Below are positions 38,019-51,329 of a stretch of 64,000 nt of DNA, piece by piece (position 1 is the first letter of the stretch; each line of letters opens with the position of its first letter). Origin of the DNA: Octopus vulgaris (lineage: Eukaryota); the NCBI GenBank assembly GCA_951406725.2, contig OX597833.1:71858001-71922000 (forward strand), read 5' to 3'. The position numbers were made by a program, and so were the translations under genes. Below the pieces are notes generated by a model. That model searched no databases. It saw only the letters and a program-made list of their open reading frames with translations, and was not told the DNA's origin.

Positions 38019-40540
38019 CTTGTGTTCTTTCTGTAAATTCATCTTTTCCTGCTCCAGCTTCTTTCGCATTTCATCTCGGTGAACTTCTTGACGTTTGGCC
38101 CAGTTGTTTTTCGCAGTTTCCACGGCAGCAACCAAAGCTTTCTGCTGTTGCTCTTTAGCACAATTCTCCCATTTTGTCTTCTCTTTCTGCAGCCGTCCAT
38201 GCCATTCCCTCTGACATTCTGCTACTATATCCTTCTGCCACACTTCCTTCTCTGCTGCAATCTTCCTCTTCACCTCCATCTCAAGCCTTGACTCATGAAG
38301 ATGCTGCCATTCAACCTTGGCAGCATCCACACCTGACTTTATTCTCTGTCTCTCTTCTTCTCTTCGTTCTTTCATAATCTGAGATGAAATAGAAAATCCA
38401 AACCCAACTTCACGATTTTCACTCTTTTCTTGCAATTCCTTCTCTAGTTGTTTCATTTCTTCCAGATGTTTCTTTTTCATTTCCGTTTCTCGTTGGATCC
38501 ATTCATTTTGCTTTTCTTCATCAATTTCGGCAAGAAGCTCACTCCTCAGCTTCTCAATATATTCTTCACTCTTATTCTCCTCACTTTCAGCCAAACAAAC
38601 CTGGATCCCCACAGGAATTTGTTTACTCTTTTCAGCAACCATCCATTCTTTCCTAACTTCATCTTCAATTTTCTCTTGCAGAGCCTTTTTGTAATTCTCC
38701 AGTTGGTCATCATGTTCTTTCTGGCAACCATCGGTCACTTGTTGGCGAACAGCTTCCAGTTTCTCTTGTGTTTCTGCAGCAACTTCCTCTCGGATTTTCA
38801 CCAAAAGACTCTCTTTCATTTCTTGTTCCAATTCTGACCTGAGAACATCTTTGGCTGATGAGTTACATTCCGTGTCCAACAGACGACACTGGACTTCAAC
38901 ACTGACAACTTCTAAGCAATCACGTTTAGAAAGCCTGCCTGTTCCATTTGCATTATTTTCTTGTAAATCTGTCATTTGCTGTGTCAGTTGGTCTTCTAAT
39001 TGACTCTTTTCCTGACAAACAGACACATAAATTTCTTTCAGTTCATCTTCTCGGGTAAGAGCAGCTTCCAAATTGCTCTTCAAAAATGAAAGTTTCTTTT
39101 CACACTCACTCACAACCAAAGCATATTTTTCATCAAACTGGGTCTGCAGGTCCAATAATAACCTTTCTTTCACATCATCCTGAAAGGTTTCATATGTTTT
39201 TTTACACTGTTCTAAGGCACTGATTTTTTCAGCATCACATTTCTCTCTGATGTTTTCCAGTTTAGACTCAAGATCATCATTGCACGCCTTCAATTGGCTT
39301 TCAGCTTCTTTTGCAAGTCGGAGACGTTCTTTGTAATTCTGGTTGTCTTTCTTACACTGTGCCACTTCCTCTCTGGTTGCCTCAAGTTCTTTTTGTAATA
39401 AACTTTCTTCAAAACTTGAATTATTCCCAACCTTCAGTGCTTCAATGGTTTCTTCGGATTTCGAACACTTTAATTGCCAATCTGAAACTTCTTTCTGCAG
39501 CTTCTGCACAGTCTCTCGCAGTTCCTCAATAAGGGCCTGCTTTTCCCTGTTGTTTATCAAACATCTTTCCAGTTCGTGCTTCAATCCTCGAATTTGGGAT
39601 TCGTTACCCGAGTCTTCACTCAAACTAGTTTCTGGAGTAGAGAAAACAAGCTTCTTTTTGATACCTAATTCCTGGAAAGAATTCTCCAAATTTGAATTTG
39701 CTTTATCAGGTTCTTTGGAAGCAAAAACACCGAGTTTGGAAGCTGAATCAAACATTGACAACTGATATTTAAGGCTCTTCAATTCCTGCTGAAAATCAGA
39801 AAATTTTTCTTCGGCTGCCCTCTTAGCAGATTCGGCTTGTTGCAAACGGTTCTGGAAGTCAGTCAGTTGTTGGCTGGAAGAATTGGACTGAGCAGACGCT
39901 TGCAGCAAATGTTGGCACTGTCGCTGGCTTTCTTCTAATGTTCGACTCAACCGGTTGATTGTTTCAGCACGGTTGATCTGAGCGTTTTCCACATTTTTCA
40001 AGGCATCGTTCAATTGTCTTTTCAACATGGACACCTCTTCCTCACGGCTTTTGTTATTCTGTGTTAGAGAATCTATTTCTTTGTTCAAAATATTGATTTC
40101 TTTCTGATAACGATGTTGCAGGCCTTCAATGATGGAGTCATGCTGGAGCCTGGCTCGCTCAAGAGTCTCACTTTTACTGAGTTCTTCAACTTGGTGATTG
40201 AGTGATTCAATTGCCGATTCCGCAGACATCAGCTTGCCAATAACTTCTTCTTTGCTTTTTGTCAATGCTTGAGCCAGAGTCTCCGATGTTGCCAGTTGAC
40301 CCTTCAACTGGCTCACCTCCGTCTTCGATTGCTGTAACAAATCCTGACACATCTTAAGACTCGTAACAGTTCCGTCTCGTTCTTTCCCAACTTCCATCAC
40401 TCTCTGCTGCAAAAGTTCCACTTCCTCTTCCATCTCCTTTTTCAAGTTGGACAATTCCTGACTCAATTCGTCCACTTTTCGTCCACGAGCTTTGTATAAA
40501 ATCTGTAACTGAACCAGTTCTTTCTGCTCTCCTGACCCAC
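38019..40540 (-). CDS. CEP152: CEP152/asterless-like giant coding exon 5 (2522 nt)
   Basis: QLQILYKARGR, SETLERARLQHDSII and ETINRLSRTLEESQRQCQHLLQ correspond to conserved CEP152 coiled-coil motifs. Acceptor TTACAG, donor AAG|GTATGG. Confidence 0.92.
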
Positions 40541-41566
40541 CTGTAATTAAATAAACAATAAAATGAAAACCAGTACACCTTTATTGAGACTCTGTGAGAG
40601 AGAGAGAGAGGGAAGGAGAGGAAAGAGAGAGGGAGAGAGAGAGAGTGTAAGATGATGCATTATGTGTGAGAATGTATATGTATGAATGCTTGTATGTGAG
40701 TGTAAGAGTGTGTGTTTGTGTGTAAGAAGGTTTGTTGAAAAACTTGACCTTAACTCAGGAGCAGACACAGGACAGGAAACGTATCACAAAAGGTGAAAGG
40801 AGAGCAGAAGGAGAGCACAAAATGCTCCTCATACAAACTGTGGATTGATAAAATGACCGGAAAAAGAAACTTCTGATTTAGGCACAAGGCCAGCAATTTT
40901 AGGGGAAGCCAACTACTCAGTTGGTACTTATTCTATTGACCATAAAAGGACAAAAGGCAAATCTGGCCTTGGAGAACCGGAAGGAACGCTGCTAAGCAAT
41001 TCGTCCAGATTGGCAACAATTCTGCCAGCTCACAACTACCATAATAATAATAATAATAATAATGGTTTCAAATTTTGGCACAAGGCCAGTACTTTTGCAT
41101 TGACCCCGAAAAGATGTGAGGCAAAGCTGACCTCAGCAGAATTTGAACTCAGAATGTAAAAATGGACGCAATGCACAGCAACATTTTGTCCAGTGGGCCA
41201 ACGATTCTGTCAGCTCCCCACCTTAATGACAATGATGATGATGCACAAGGCCTGGAATTTTAAGGGTCGGGTGCTAGTCGATTTCATGAACCCCAGTGCT
41301 TGACTGGTACTTAATAATAAAACCAAAGTCAAATTTATAGAACGGAGAGTGTTGTGAACCTGTGAGACTACAATATTTATGTATATATAAACCATGCTGA
41401 AACAGGCCTTGCCAATGCTGGTGCCACGTGAAAAGCACTTGGTCCTCTCTGTATGGAGGTTGGTGTTAGGAAGGGCATCCAGCTGTAAAAACCCTGCCAA
41501 AACAGACAGGGAAGCCCGGTGCAGTCTTCAACCTAGCCAGCCCCTTTCAAATCATAAAGTCCATGA

Positions 41567-41767
41567 CAGTGGTTTTCAACCAGGGTTCCGCCAGTACAGT
41601 CCAGGGGTTCCGCAAGAAGTTACAAAAATGCTAAAATCGGCAGTAATTTTTAATTCTCCCGTGCAGATATGTGTGCATAAGACTATCAAATTATTGCACA
41701 GGGGTTCCTCGAGCCAGTGGAATGTTTCCTTGGGGTTCCGCTCCAGCAAAAAGGTTGAAAAGCACTG
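41567..41767. mobile_element. hAT (Charlie-like) MITE nested in a family B tail
   Basis: TIRs CAGTGGTTTTCAACC / GGTTGAAAAGCACTG. Degenerate 8-bp TSD GTCCATGA / ATCTATGA. Confidence 0.75.
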
Positions 41768-41827
41768 ATCTATGACATCATGGACAATGGATATTAAATG
41801 ATGATGATGCTATATATCTGAACTGAC

Positions 41828-42121
41828 CTATGTGAACAAAGTCCTCCTGTTTGTGTGGGCTCGATTCCTTACTTGAGCCTGTTTCTGTCTGGAATGCGTT
41901 TGTCCCTCCATCTGTGGGGGGTTTGCGATACTGCACCTTGTACCCATTCAGCTGGTCCCAACTCACAGCTGGTTTCTCGGCTTCAGTCAGAAGGGCATAG
42001 CCATTGCTCTGGGCTGCTGCTGCTTGCCGGCTGTGAACTGCATCAAACCCCATTTTATTGTTGACTGAAGAGTTTTCAAGAACTGGGGCCCCGTGTTGTT
42101 GGCTTTGAGGATGGAGTTCAC
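41828..42121 (-). CDS. CEP152: CEP152-like coding exon 4
   Basis: TTTGTTTCAG acceptor, GELHPQSQQ...WDQLNGYKVQYRKP...EDFVHI, donor G|GTCAGT, phase 1-1. Confidence 0.8.
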
Positions 42122-42734
42122 CTGAAACAAAACAAAACAAAGAGAGTCTTACATATATATATATACCTTTTATCTTTTGCTTCTTTCAGTCATTAAACTG
42201 TGGCCATGCTGGGGCATTGCCCTGAAGAAATTTTAGTTGAATGAATTAGCTTCAGTACTTACTGTTTTTTTTTTTAATTCAATCATTCCCCTTTTGCCAA
42301 ACTGCTAGGTTACAGGGATGTAAACACGTCACCATCAGTTGCCAAGATCACTTTGACACCTGATGTGCGGCAGACAATGCAACTGTTCAGACAACACTGA
42401 TTAGATGGAGGGAGGGAGGGAGCTAATGTCTGGCACAGGTATTTGATCATTAGAAGCAAATCATTTGTGCTGGTCATTCAGCAAAAGCTGAATGCTCATA
42501 CATTGTCTTTGATGGGAGAGTCCATCATATATATATACACATGAGTACCTATATTGCTAATGATAGAAGTCAAAAAATACTTCTGTACCACCAGAAAAGT
42601 CACAAATCTATTACAGAGAAGATAGGAAAAAATATCAGTGAACAATATTAATGTCTTACCTCAAATGCATTTACTTGATTCAGGGAGTAAAGGTTTTAAG
42701 AGAAATGATTGGGTCTAAGGGGCATTAGTTATAG

Positions 42735-43358
42735 GATGCAAGAGAGAAGACTGTTGGTATGGTCATGGATGGAGACAGCTGTGTAAAAAAGTTCCGATCT
42801 CTGAATGTGGAGGGAACCTGTGGAAAAGGAAGACATAGGACCAAATGGTGAAAAATGTCCTTCAGATGTTGAGTGCCACAGAGGAACTGAGAGAATTGAG
42901 CGTTTGCTGTGCTTAAGAAGATCTGCCCAGCTAAGTAGAATGGAGGCCATAAAAGTAGGTCACGTCCATGGCCCAATCCCTGACCCTTCTTCCTAACCCC
43001 TGCAGTTCACCCCCCACTCTATGTCCCTGTTGAATCTCTTCCCCACAACACCCCCTCCTTTTATCTATCCCCCAACTGACCACACATCTCCCACAATCTC
43101 ATGAACTCACCCTTCCCAATCCCCAGCCCACACTTCCCCCCCTCTCTCTCCACCTCAGACAGCCATGTTTCCCCTCTAATGCAAGACTCCTTTTTCTGTC
43201 CCTCAATGCTACTCCCAATCCCTAATTGAGGGGTCTTTGTCTCGCAAGTCACTTGGTGACTTCTATTAGTGCTGCTGCCACATAAGAACCCCTCACTACA
43301 CTCTGTAAAGGGGTTGGCATTAGGAAGGGCATCAACCAGTCATAGAAATGATGATGAT
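42735..43358 (+). mobile_element. Decayed RTE LINE 3' end plus family B tail
   Basis: Broken frame QERRL.WYGH...SCVKKFRSLNVEGTCGKGR. Ends ...ttggcattaggaagggcatc...atgatgatgatg. Confidence 0.65.
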
Positions 43359-43370
43359 GGCATATATACA

Positions 43371-43411
<41 letters not shown>

Positions 43412-43539
43412 TCATATGTGTTTTGGTTGATGAATACGGGACACTTGTATTTGCTGCAATATTTGCAGCTTTTAATAAATCTGTTCTTCGTATGAAACAA
43501 TTGTACTGAAAAACTATTCCATTCTTGTTGCTTTTTTCT

Positions 43540-43595
<56 letters not shown>

Positions 43596-43828
43596 AATTT
43601 TGTCTTCTGGCATCAGTGCTCAACTAATTGCCAATCTAAATTTCAGATGGTTAATTGATTGATTGACAATAACCCAGAAGAGATGATACAATTCAGAGAG
43701 AGAGAGAGAGAGTATGAGCCCAGTACATGACTGGCACTTAGTTTATTGATCCTAGAAGAATGAACGGTAGAGTTGATCTCAGCCAGATTTGAACTGAGAA
43801 CCCAAAGAACCAGAGCAAGTTCCACAAG

Positions 43829-44136
43829 CTGTGGAAGACTGGGTCTATGCCAGGAGACTAAGGGGTGGGGCACCCGCAACTACAAGGGGGCCCACCCGCA
43901 ACTACAATGCTATAATTAAATTTTTTTTTTTTGTAAAAAGTTTTCTTTTCAAATGTCTACAAACAGAGCCAGGCTGAAATAATTAATGCATTCTTCCAGG
44001 AGTGAATAAAAATTTCTCAAACTTGAGGGGATGGACCCTTTAGATACTAACATAGGCCCCCATATATGGATTCTAATGGTGCAGGGGCCCACTTGCCATC
44101 GGGCAAACTGGCAACCTGCAGGCCAGTCCACCACTG
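43829..44136. mobile_element. hAT-type MITE
   Basis: Degenerate TIRs CTGTGGAAGACTGG / CCAGTCCACCACTG. 8-bp TSD TCCACAAG / ACCACAAG (7 of 8 match). Internal duplication CACCCGCAACTACAA. Confidence 0.6.
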
Positions 44137-44287
44137 ACCACAAGGTATTAGTCCCGACACTCCATCAATTCTACCGATCAACTGTCGTCTTCTACAGCAA
44201 ATATTTGACTCTGAAATGGAGAGGATGGAGGTGGAGAGGAGAGAGAACAAGTTTGAACAATAAAGGAAATCAGTAGGGTTGTATTAC

Positions 44288-44868
44288 CATTTGTTTGATG
44301 CGGTGAAATATGTCTGGGAGCGAAATTAGTTCCATCATGGGGTAAGACAACAGGATGATGTTGGTGGTGTTGGTAAAAGTCCTGCCTGGCCACAGGGTCC
44401 GGGCCATAGTTTTCCCTGTAATAAATCTCTTCGTGGGGATCCAACCAGTGATTAGCATCCACAGCGTTGTTGTTGTTGTTATTGTTGCAAGCAACCTCGT
44501 GTGCCACTGATGAAGAGGGCATCAACCCAAAATGATGCTGGTGTGCCTGGTGGCACATTGGATGCGTTGGTTGCTGCTGCTGCTGCTCGTAGTTGTTTGA
44601 GGTGGCTGTCATTATAGGAGAGTCTTTATCGGTGGCAATTGAGTAAAGGTAGTGGAACTGGGGGTAGTACATAGCTGGGGTTTGCTGGGGGGACACTTCC
44701 GGCTGCTGTCGACAATGCTGGTCAACAGGCATCTGACCATTGCTTGCAAGTGGAATCGTCATGGTTTCAGTGTGTTGTTGGTTGCAAGCGTCTGGTAACT
44801 TCGTCCTTGCTCCAGGAAACGTATGAGGCGAAAGCAACGAGTGACGATGTTCAAAGCTGCCATTCAAG
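44288..44868 (-). CDS. CEP152: CEP152-like coding exon 3 (His/Gln/Pro/Asn-rich)
   Basis: CATCTAG acceptor, open 581 nt, donor G|GTAATA. Phases 2 to 1 fit both neighbours. Confidence 0.8.
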
Positions 44869-47276
44869 CTAGATGAAAAGATTGGAATTCAAATGAATGA
44901 ATAATTAATTAATTAAAATAGTGAAACATTTAGAAAAATACACAAACAGAAAATGTCTCTCCCAAAACCCAAAAGTAACGACAACAACGAGGACTGAGAG
45001 AGTGCAAACCGCTGCCAAGGCAACACCAACATCCTTTCAATGATTGGCCGGAGATGATTTTTAAAACGAGATGTCTCTGGGATACATCAACCTATGTGGG
45101 GCTTTTTCTCAAAGAGTCGGTGTGATTGGAGGGAATTAGGCAGCTATTTCTAGCAGATCAAGAGACTACATAAAGTAAGCATGGGCAACATTTTACAAGA
45201 CATGGATCATCATAAACAACCACATTTGAGGTAGCTTTTCATTTGGGAAGCCATTGAGAAAGTTCCATGGGTTGGAGGTTGCCCAGGACCGACATAGAGG
45301 TCCCATGAAGCGGATGCTTCTCAACAATGACCATTTCTTCAAAACAAACAATTAATAATAATAATAATGATAAACAAAACAGATTTTAGAGGCTAATTAA
45401 CTTGAGTGGATTCATTAGTTGTGGGTTTGACACATCAGGAGTGAAAAATTTCATTTCAATGGCATCAAAAGAATTTATTTCACTTTTCTTCAGCTGTTAA
45501 TGGGATATGTGGTTTTGTGCTTGAGAGGGAAGATAACAGCAAGGGACTGGCAACACATCCAGGGAAACATTCACCCCTCATCCATGAAGGTGTGTAACTA
45601 AGGGGTCAGGATATTCAGCTCGAAACTGGAAGGTCAGGAATTTGATACCTGGCAGCATGTCATTTGCCATTGCTCCATTAATTCCAAAGGGCCAACCTTG
45701 TCACACTGAATCTCCCTGAGAACTATGTGAAGGGTATGCTTGTCTGCGGGGTACTCAGCCATTTGTATATTAATTCGACAAGAAGGCTTTTCTGTTGATT
45801 GGATCAACTGGAAGCCTCATCGTCATAACTGACAGACTGCCAGACATCCCTCATCCAATTAACAGAAATCAAAGCTAGGGGTTACTCTGTGAGGTTTTGT
45901 AGTTTCAGAAAACACACACACACACACACACGTTAAATGGCTCAAATACCAACTGTAAGTAGTGCAGTTTATATGCAACATGCAATACGAGCCAAAGGGC
46001 ATACAAAGCTTGCAACTGCACATGTTCCAACCTGCAGAGAATCAAATGACCAGATCAGCTTTGGTGCCGGGAGAATAACATAGTTTGGCTTTGTCATAAT
46101 TAGGCAGGAAAACTCATCAAGCTGGCTGTTGTCATATTTTGTATAATCAATCCCACCATTTCACAGCAGTAACGGAATTCTTGTGCACATGTGTGTGTGT
46201 GTGTGTGTGAGTGAGAGAGAAAGCGAAGTAGAGAAAGACGGAGTCAGCTGAGACAATGAAGAACAAAGCCAGTCTCAGAATTCATCTTTTATCTTCTTGT
46301 GGATAAAGTAACGATTCTTAATTCTAATTCTTCCATGCAAAAGGTGCATGGCCTAATGGTTAGGATCTTCAGTTCACAACCATAAAGTCATGGTTTCAAT
46401 TCCTAGGCCATGCCACACATTGTGTCCTTCAGCAATTTACTTCATTTCATGTGTCTTGACTCTGTTCAGATGAAATGTTTCCAAAATGAGTATTGGTGAA
46501 GCTCTCCCTCGCGCTTTGGCTGAATGAAAGGAGCAAAAAGGGCTGTGTTTGCTTGGGACTCTATTGTACAGTGCTGGCGTCACAGAAAAATAGCACCTGT
46601 ACTGGTTGCATGTAAAGAGCATGTGTGATGGTGCCAGGCATAAAATACCTGTGCTGGAGCCACAGAAAGAGGACCCAATACACTCTGTAAAGTGGTTGGC
46701 ATCAGGAAGGGCATCCAGCCATAGAAACCAACACAGAGACAATTGGAGCCTGGTGCTACTCTCTGGCCTGGCCAGTTCCTGTCAAACTGATCGACCCATG
46801 CCAGCATGGAAAACAGATGGTAAATAATGATGATGAGGAGGAGGAGGATGATGAGGATGGTACACATCAGCAAGTCGTATTTGCAAAGTGAACAACCAAG
46901 GTTCATGACCCTTCTGGTGACTAAAAAACAAAAACCTCCTAAAATCATGGCTGTTATTCACAAGTGAACACGACTTGGCAACACGTGCCATTGCCACCAC
47001 CACCACCACTACCACCACCATTTAACATCCACCTTCCCATGCTTGTAGGGGTCGGATTTTTCAATGCCCAATTGCCCTTCCTTTCTGCAACCCTCACCTC
47101 TTTCTAAGCAAGGTAAGCACGTTTTTCACAAAAGACTAGAAACAAACAACAATGCCTGGTCGATGGTAATGGCCCCATTTACAACTGTCCCATGGGGTCA
47201 AAACAAAGGGCCAAACACACACACACACACACACACACAAAACTGTCGCCATGACCATCACCACAAGACAGCATAC

Positions 47277-47425
47277 CTTCGTTTCTTCCTACTTTGTCTC
47301 CTGTGTTCTGTTGCTTCGCCTCCTCCATCCTCATCCTCATCATCTTCATCATCATCGTCGTTGGAAGACACAGATAAACCATCCTCAGTTATGTCATCAA
47401 GTGCATTCGACAGAAGTTGTCGAAG
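47277..47425 (-). CDS. CEP152: CEP152-like coding exon 2
   Basis: (T)n AG acceptor. LRQLLSNALDDITEDGLSVSS matches the CEP152 N-terminal L.QLL...DM.DD.LS motif. Donor AG|GTATGC. Confidence 0.88.
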
Positions 47426-49456
47426 CTAAAAAAAAAGCAAAAATAAAGAAAAAACAGAAATAAACAAATAAACAAATAAAACCGCAAATTGTTGTTGTTG
47501 TTGTTGTTATTCTCCACGATGAAGATGTTAAATAAGAAGATGCCCAAAGATCAAAAGAATTCCAGCCACAAACACATTGACTGTTATTTTTAGCAGCTTG
47601 ACCAACCACATAGAGGTAACCTTCATTTGTGACTTCTCAGACAATGGCTGCTGTTGCTCAGTCTTAACAAACCGCTCTTCACCAAAACGATTCCAACCAT
47701 GACCTTCCTGTCTTTTCCTGATTATATATTATCCTCTGTTCTCTTTTCTAAGATGATAAGGGAATTTGGTTCCTATTTCTAGCAAGTTGAGCAACTGCAT
47801 GGAGGCTCCTTCATTGGTTAGTTTTCAGATGATGATGATGATGGGGGTTGTTCAGTCCTGAACAAACCTTTGATCAAAGGCATTCCAGCCATGACCATCC
47901 AGATCATTTTTTTTTACCTGTAATTATTATTATTCCATGTCTTTATTTTTTAAAGATGTAATTGCTTTTTTTTTTTTAAAGTTTAGTCAAAGTAACAAGG
48001 GTCAAGGTTCATGACCTTTCACAGCCTCTGACACCGGTGAAGTAAAGGGAAAAAGAAACTATGAGCCATAAGGTCCATCCATAGGGTCCACAGCGAATGA
48101 AACTGTGCAGAAGTAATAAGGGAGCCACAATGCAATTGCTCGACTTGCTAGAAACAGCAACCTAGTTCCCTCAAATCACACCCTACTGTCTTTAAAAAAG
48201 GAAGGACACATTTGCTACTGTACTAATAGACACATGAAAAGACAGGATGGCCATGGCTGAAATGTCAATGATCATAGGTGTACTGAACCATGGCTGACCT
48301 GCTCCTCGACAACAACAACAACAACTCGCTTTCACATGCAGAGAGTCGAGTTGAGGCTATTGCAGGGAAGAAAAAAAAAGGCCCCAGGTCATGGTGCTGC
48401 ACAGCAGTCTTGAACCCAGAACCAAGTGACTGCAAAGTGAGCTTCTTAACTATGTGGCCATGCCTATGCCCAGGCTGCAGGGGTCTACAGAAATACACAA
48501 GATCTTGACTTGTGAGATTCAGTAAATATAAACCAAATGAGATTAGCTTAATCACGGTATTAGAATGTCATCTCAATTGGATGTCGTTTAGAAATCCTTA
48601 CAAGTTTATCTAATCCCCCACACAATGAGGCGGAGGGTGGGGTGGGGTGGCAAGGGATTGTAACTCTGACAACGACTGGTGGTTGTTGCCGTTTTGTTTA
48701 GCCCTAGGTTAGTCCCAATCGAACAAACCAATGGTCAAATGTCCTCTAGAAGCATAACAAGAGGGGTAAAGGTGGGTAGGGAAACTGGCCCCTCCACACA
48801 CTCTGCCTCCTGGACTCAGGTGTGAAGGGACACAACACTTTTTCAAGCCCATCATGCCTATTAATTAAGATGGAGGTATCAACGGTGCCCCAGGGTGCTG
48901 CAAATCCTTATTAAGCTCAGTGTGTCTTGTAATAGATTATCCAAGGGCTTTGGTTTTTTTTAGAGGAATATTTGGCTTCTATTTCTAGCATGTCAATAGG
49001 CCACATAGAAACATCTGCATTTGACCAAATTAGTAGGGTACTGGTTCACTCCCCAAAGGGTCAAAGGTTGGTACCCTGTCTGTGACACTATGTTTTATCA
49101 GAGTCAAAGATGATATATAATTCTTCGGTTCAACCCACCACAAAAAGGAAGCATTAGAAAATGGAACCAACCATCGGAAGGAGAGAGGGCTTACCCTTAA
49201 AGCTGTATTCCTTTGGGGGCTGAGAGAAAGAAAAGGCAGCAGAAAAACCCACCTGGGTGTGGCCACCTACCCTTTACTTGAATGATCTCAACATGGAGAT
49301 TAAAGTCTTTCTAAATGTCTTAACGATTCTCTCGCTTTCGAATATTGGAAGAGAGAGAGAGAGAGGGGGAGAGAGAGAGAGAGAGAGAGAAAAGAAAGAA
49401 GGGAGAGGAGAAGAAATTGAAAGTGAGGGAGAAAGAATGAGAGACAGAATGAGAGA

Positions 49457-49504
<48 letters not shown>

Positions 49505-49531
49505 GGAAAGAAGAAACAAGGTGTAACTCAC

Positions 49532-49627
49532 TTCTTCCTGTTGTTGCTGCTCCTCCTTCTGGTATTCCGCTTCATCCTGGGACTGAAGAGCTGCTGCATC
49601 AAAATTGATGCTCGTTGTGGTGTTCAT
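49532..49627 (-). CDS. CEP152: CEP152-like coding exon 1 (exon starts at about 49779)
   Basis: MNTTTSINFDAAALQSQDEAEYQKEEQQQQEE resembles the acidic PLK4-binding N-terminus (S.DF...AL...DEEY..E). Donor GAA|GTGAGT. Confidence 0.88.
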
Positions 49628-50090
49628 GCCTGCTGCACCTACACTGCCACCAACGAATGTCTTTGAACTGATTAAAGCATTTGACTTGGGGGGTTTTAGG
49701 GGATGCAAAGCTGGACGGGAAACGCTTGCATTGTGGTTACAAATTCTGGCATGCTGGCATGGCTGGCATGGCTGTGACTCTGTTTAGAAAGAAGAGGAAA
49801 CGAAAATGTTAGACATCTTTGAAATTACCTGATGTGTGTGTGTGTGTGGTCAACATTATCCTTTAATATCCATTTTCCATTCTAGAAGGTGATGGATGGT
49901 TTAAGAGGCAATTGTAAAGGCCAGGAGCAGCACCATGTTCCGTAGTCTATTTTGGTTCAGTCTCTGCCCTTCCTAATATGCCGACCACTTTACAGAGTGC
50001 ACTGGGGGCTCTTTATGTGGAACCAACACCAAGGCTTTTTACTGATGTGTCTGTGTGTCCATGTATTCATTCATTTTACATGTTTTTTAC

Positions 50091-50493
50091 TCTTTACTCT
50101 TTTACTTGTTTCAGTCAGTTGACTGCGGCCATGCTGGAGCACCGCCTTTAATCGAGCAAATCGACCCCGGGACTTATTCTTTTGTAAGCCCAGTACTTAG
50201 TCTATCGGTCTCTTTTGCCGAACCGCTAAGTAACGGGGACATAAACACACCAGCATCGGTTGTCAAGCAATGCTAGGGGGACAAACACACAAACACACAC
50301 ACGCATATATATACACACACACACATATATACGACGGGCTTCTTTCAGTTTCCGTCTACCAAATCCACTCACAAGGCTTTGGTCGGCCCGGGGCTATAGT
50401 AGAAGACACTTGCCCAAGGTGCCACGTAGTGGGAATGAACCCGGAACCATGTGGTTGGTAAGCAAGCTACTTACCACACAGCCACTCCTGCGC
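50091..50493 (-). mobile_element. SINE family A, full-length young copy
   Basis: Starts GGCGCAGGAGTGGCTGTGTGGTAAGTAGC on the minus strand and has a complete tail. Confidence 0.9.
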
Positions 50494-51329
50494 CTTTACG
50501 CCAGCATAAATTGGATGCGAACAGGATTTTACAGCCAGATGTTGTTCTTCCTGTCACTAACCATTCCTTGTTTTTCAAGGAAGGAATCTTTTATTCCACA
50601 GTTCTTCAAAAGCACAGAATGACTGATCACAACTTCAGAAAGGAATATAAATACCAACGCCACTGAGAGTGTGGAATGTCACTAATCAGTCACCTTTTCA
50701 TACACACATGATGGGCTTCCTGCAGTTTCCATCAACCAAATTCACAAGTCATTAGTCAGCCCAATTTAGCTGCACGTATTTTAGCTCAATGATGTTGAGT
50801 TAGGACCCCAAAATCTTTGACTCCAACTCCTCTATTTTGTAATTAGATAGTAATTAAATATAATTAAGGTGGTGGGACTGAACCCAGAACCACGTGGATA
50901 CAAAGCAAGCTTCTTAACCACAGAGCCGTGCCTGGGCCTGAATGGATGTGAGCACCACACACGGACACACACACACACATATCATGAGGTGAACAGGCAG
51001 GACAAAATGTGTTTGTAGTGGGAGTGTGTGTGTGTGTGTGTAGGAGAGAGGTGGTGGTGGTGGTGGTATGCTTTAAATTAAATGGTGGTTCTGGAATGAA
51101 AGAGAGACAGGTGGGCAGATATATTCCAGTTCATGTGAAAACTTGTAGCAAAGGTAAGGCAGAGGAGGAAGGGAGGGGAGTTGTGGAATTTGGAACAGGG
51201 GGAGGGGAGGGAGAAGCGGTGGGGGGTTATAAAAGTGAGGTGTGGGGGGAGGGGCATGTTGAGGATTGTTGGTGAAAACAGGTGTGAGGGAGAGGAGTGA
51301 AGGATGAGAGGTGCTGGAGGTGAAACAGG

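Noticed and set aside
49628-49779. N-terminal extension of CEP152 (ORF track start at 49708)
   Set aside because: The start is TTG and there is no in-frame ATG. The likely upstream exon supplies an in-frame stop, and family similarity begins just after ATG 49627.
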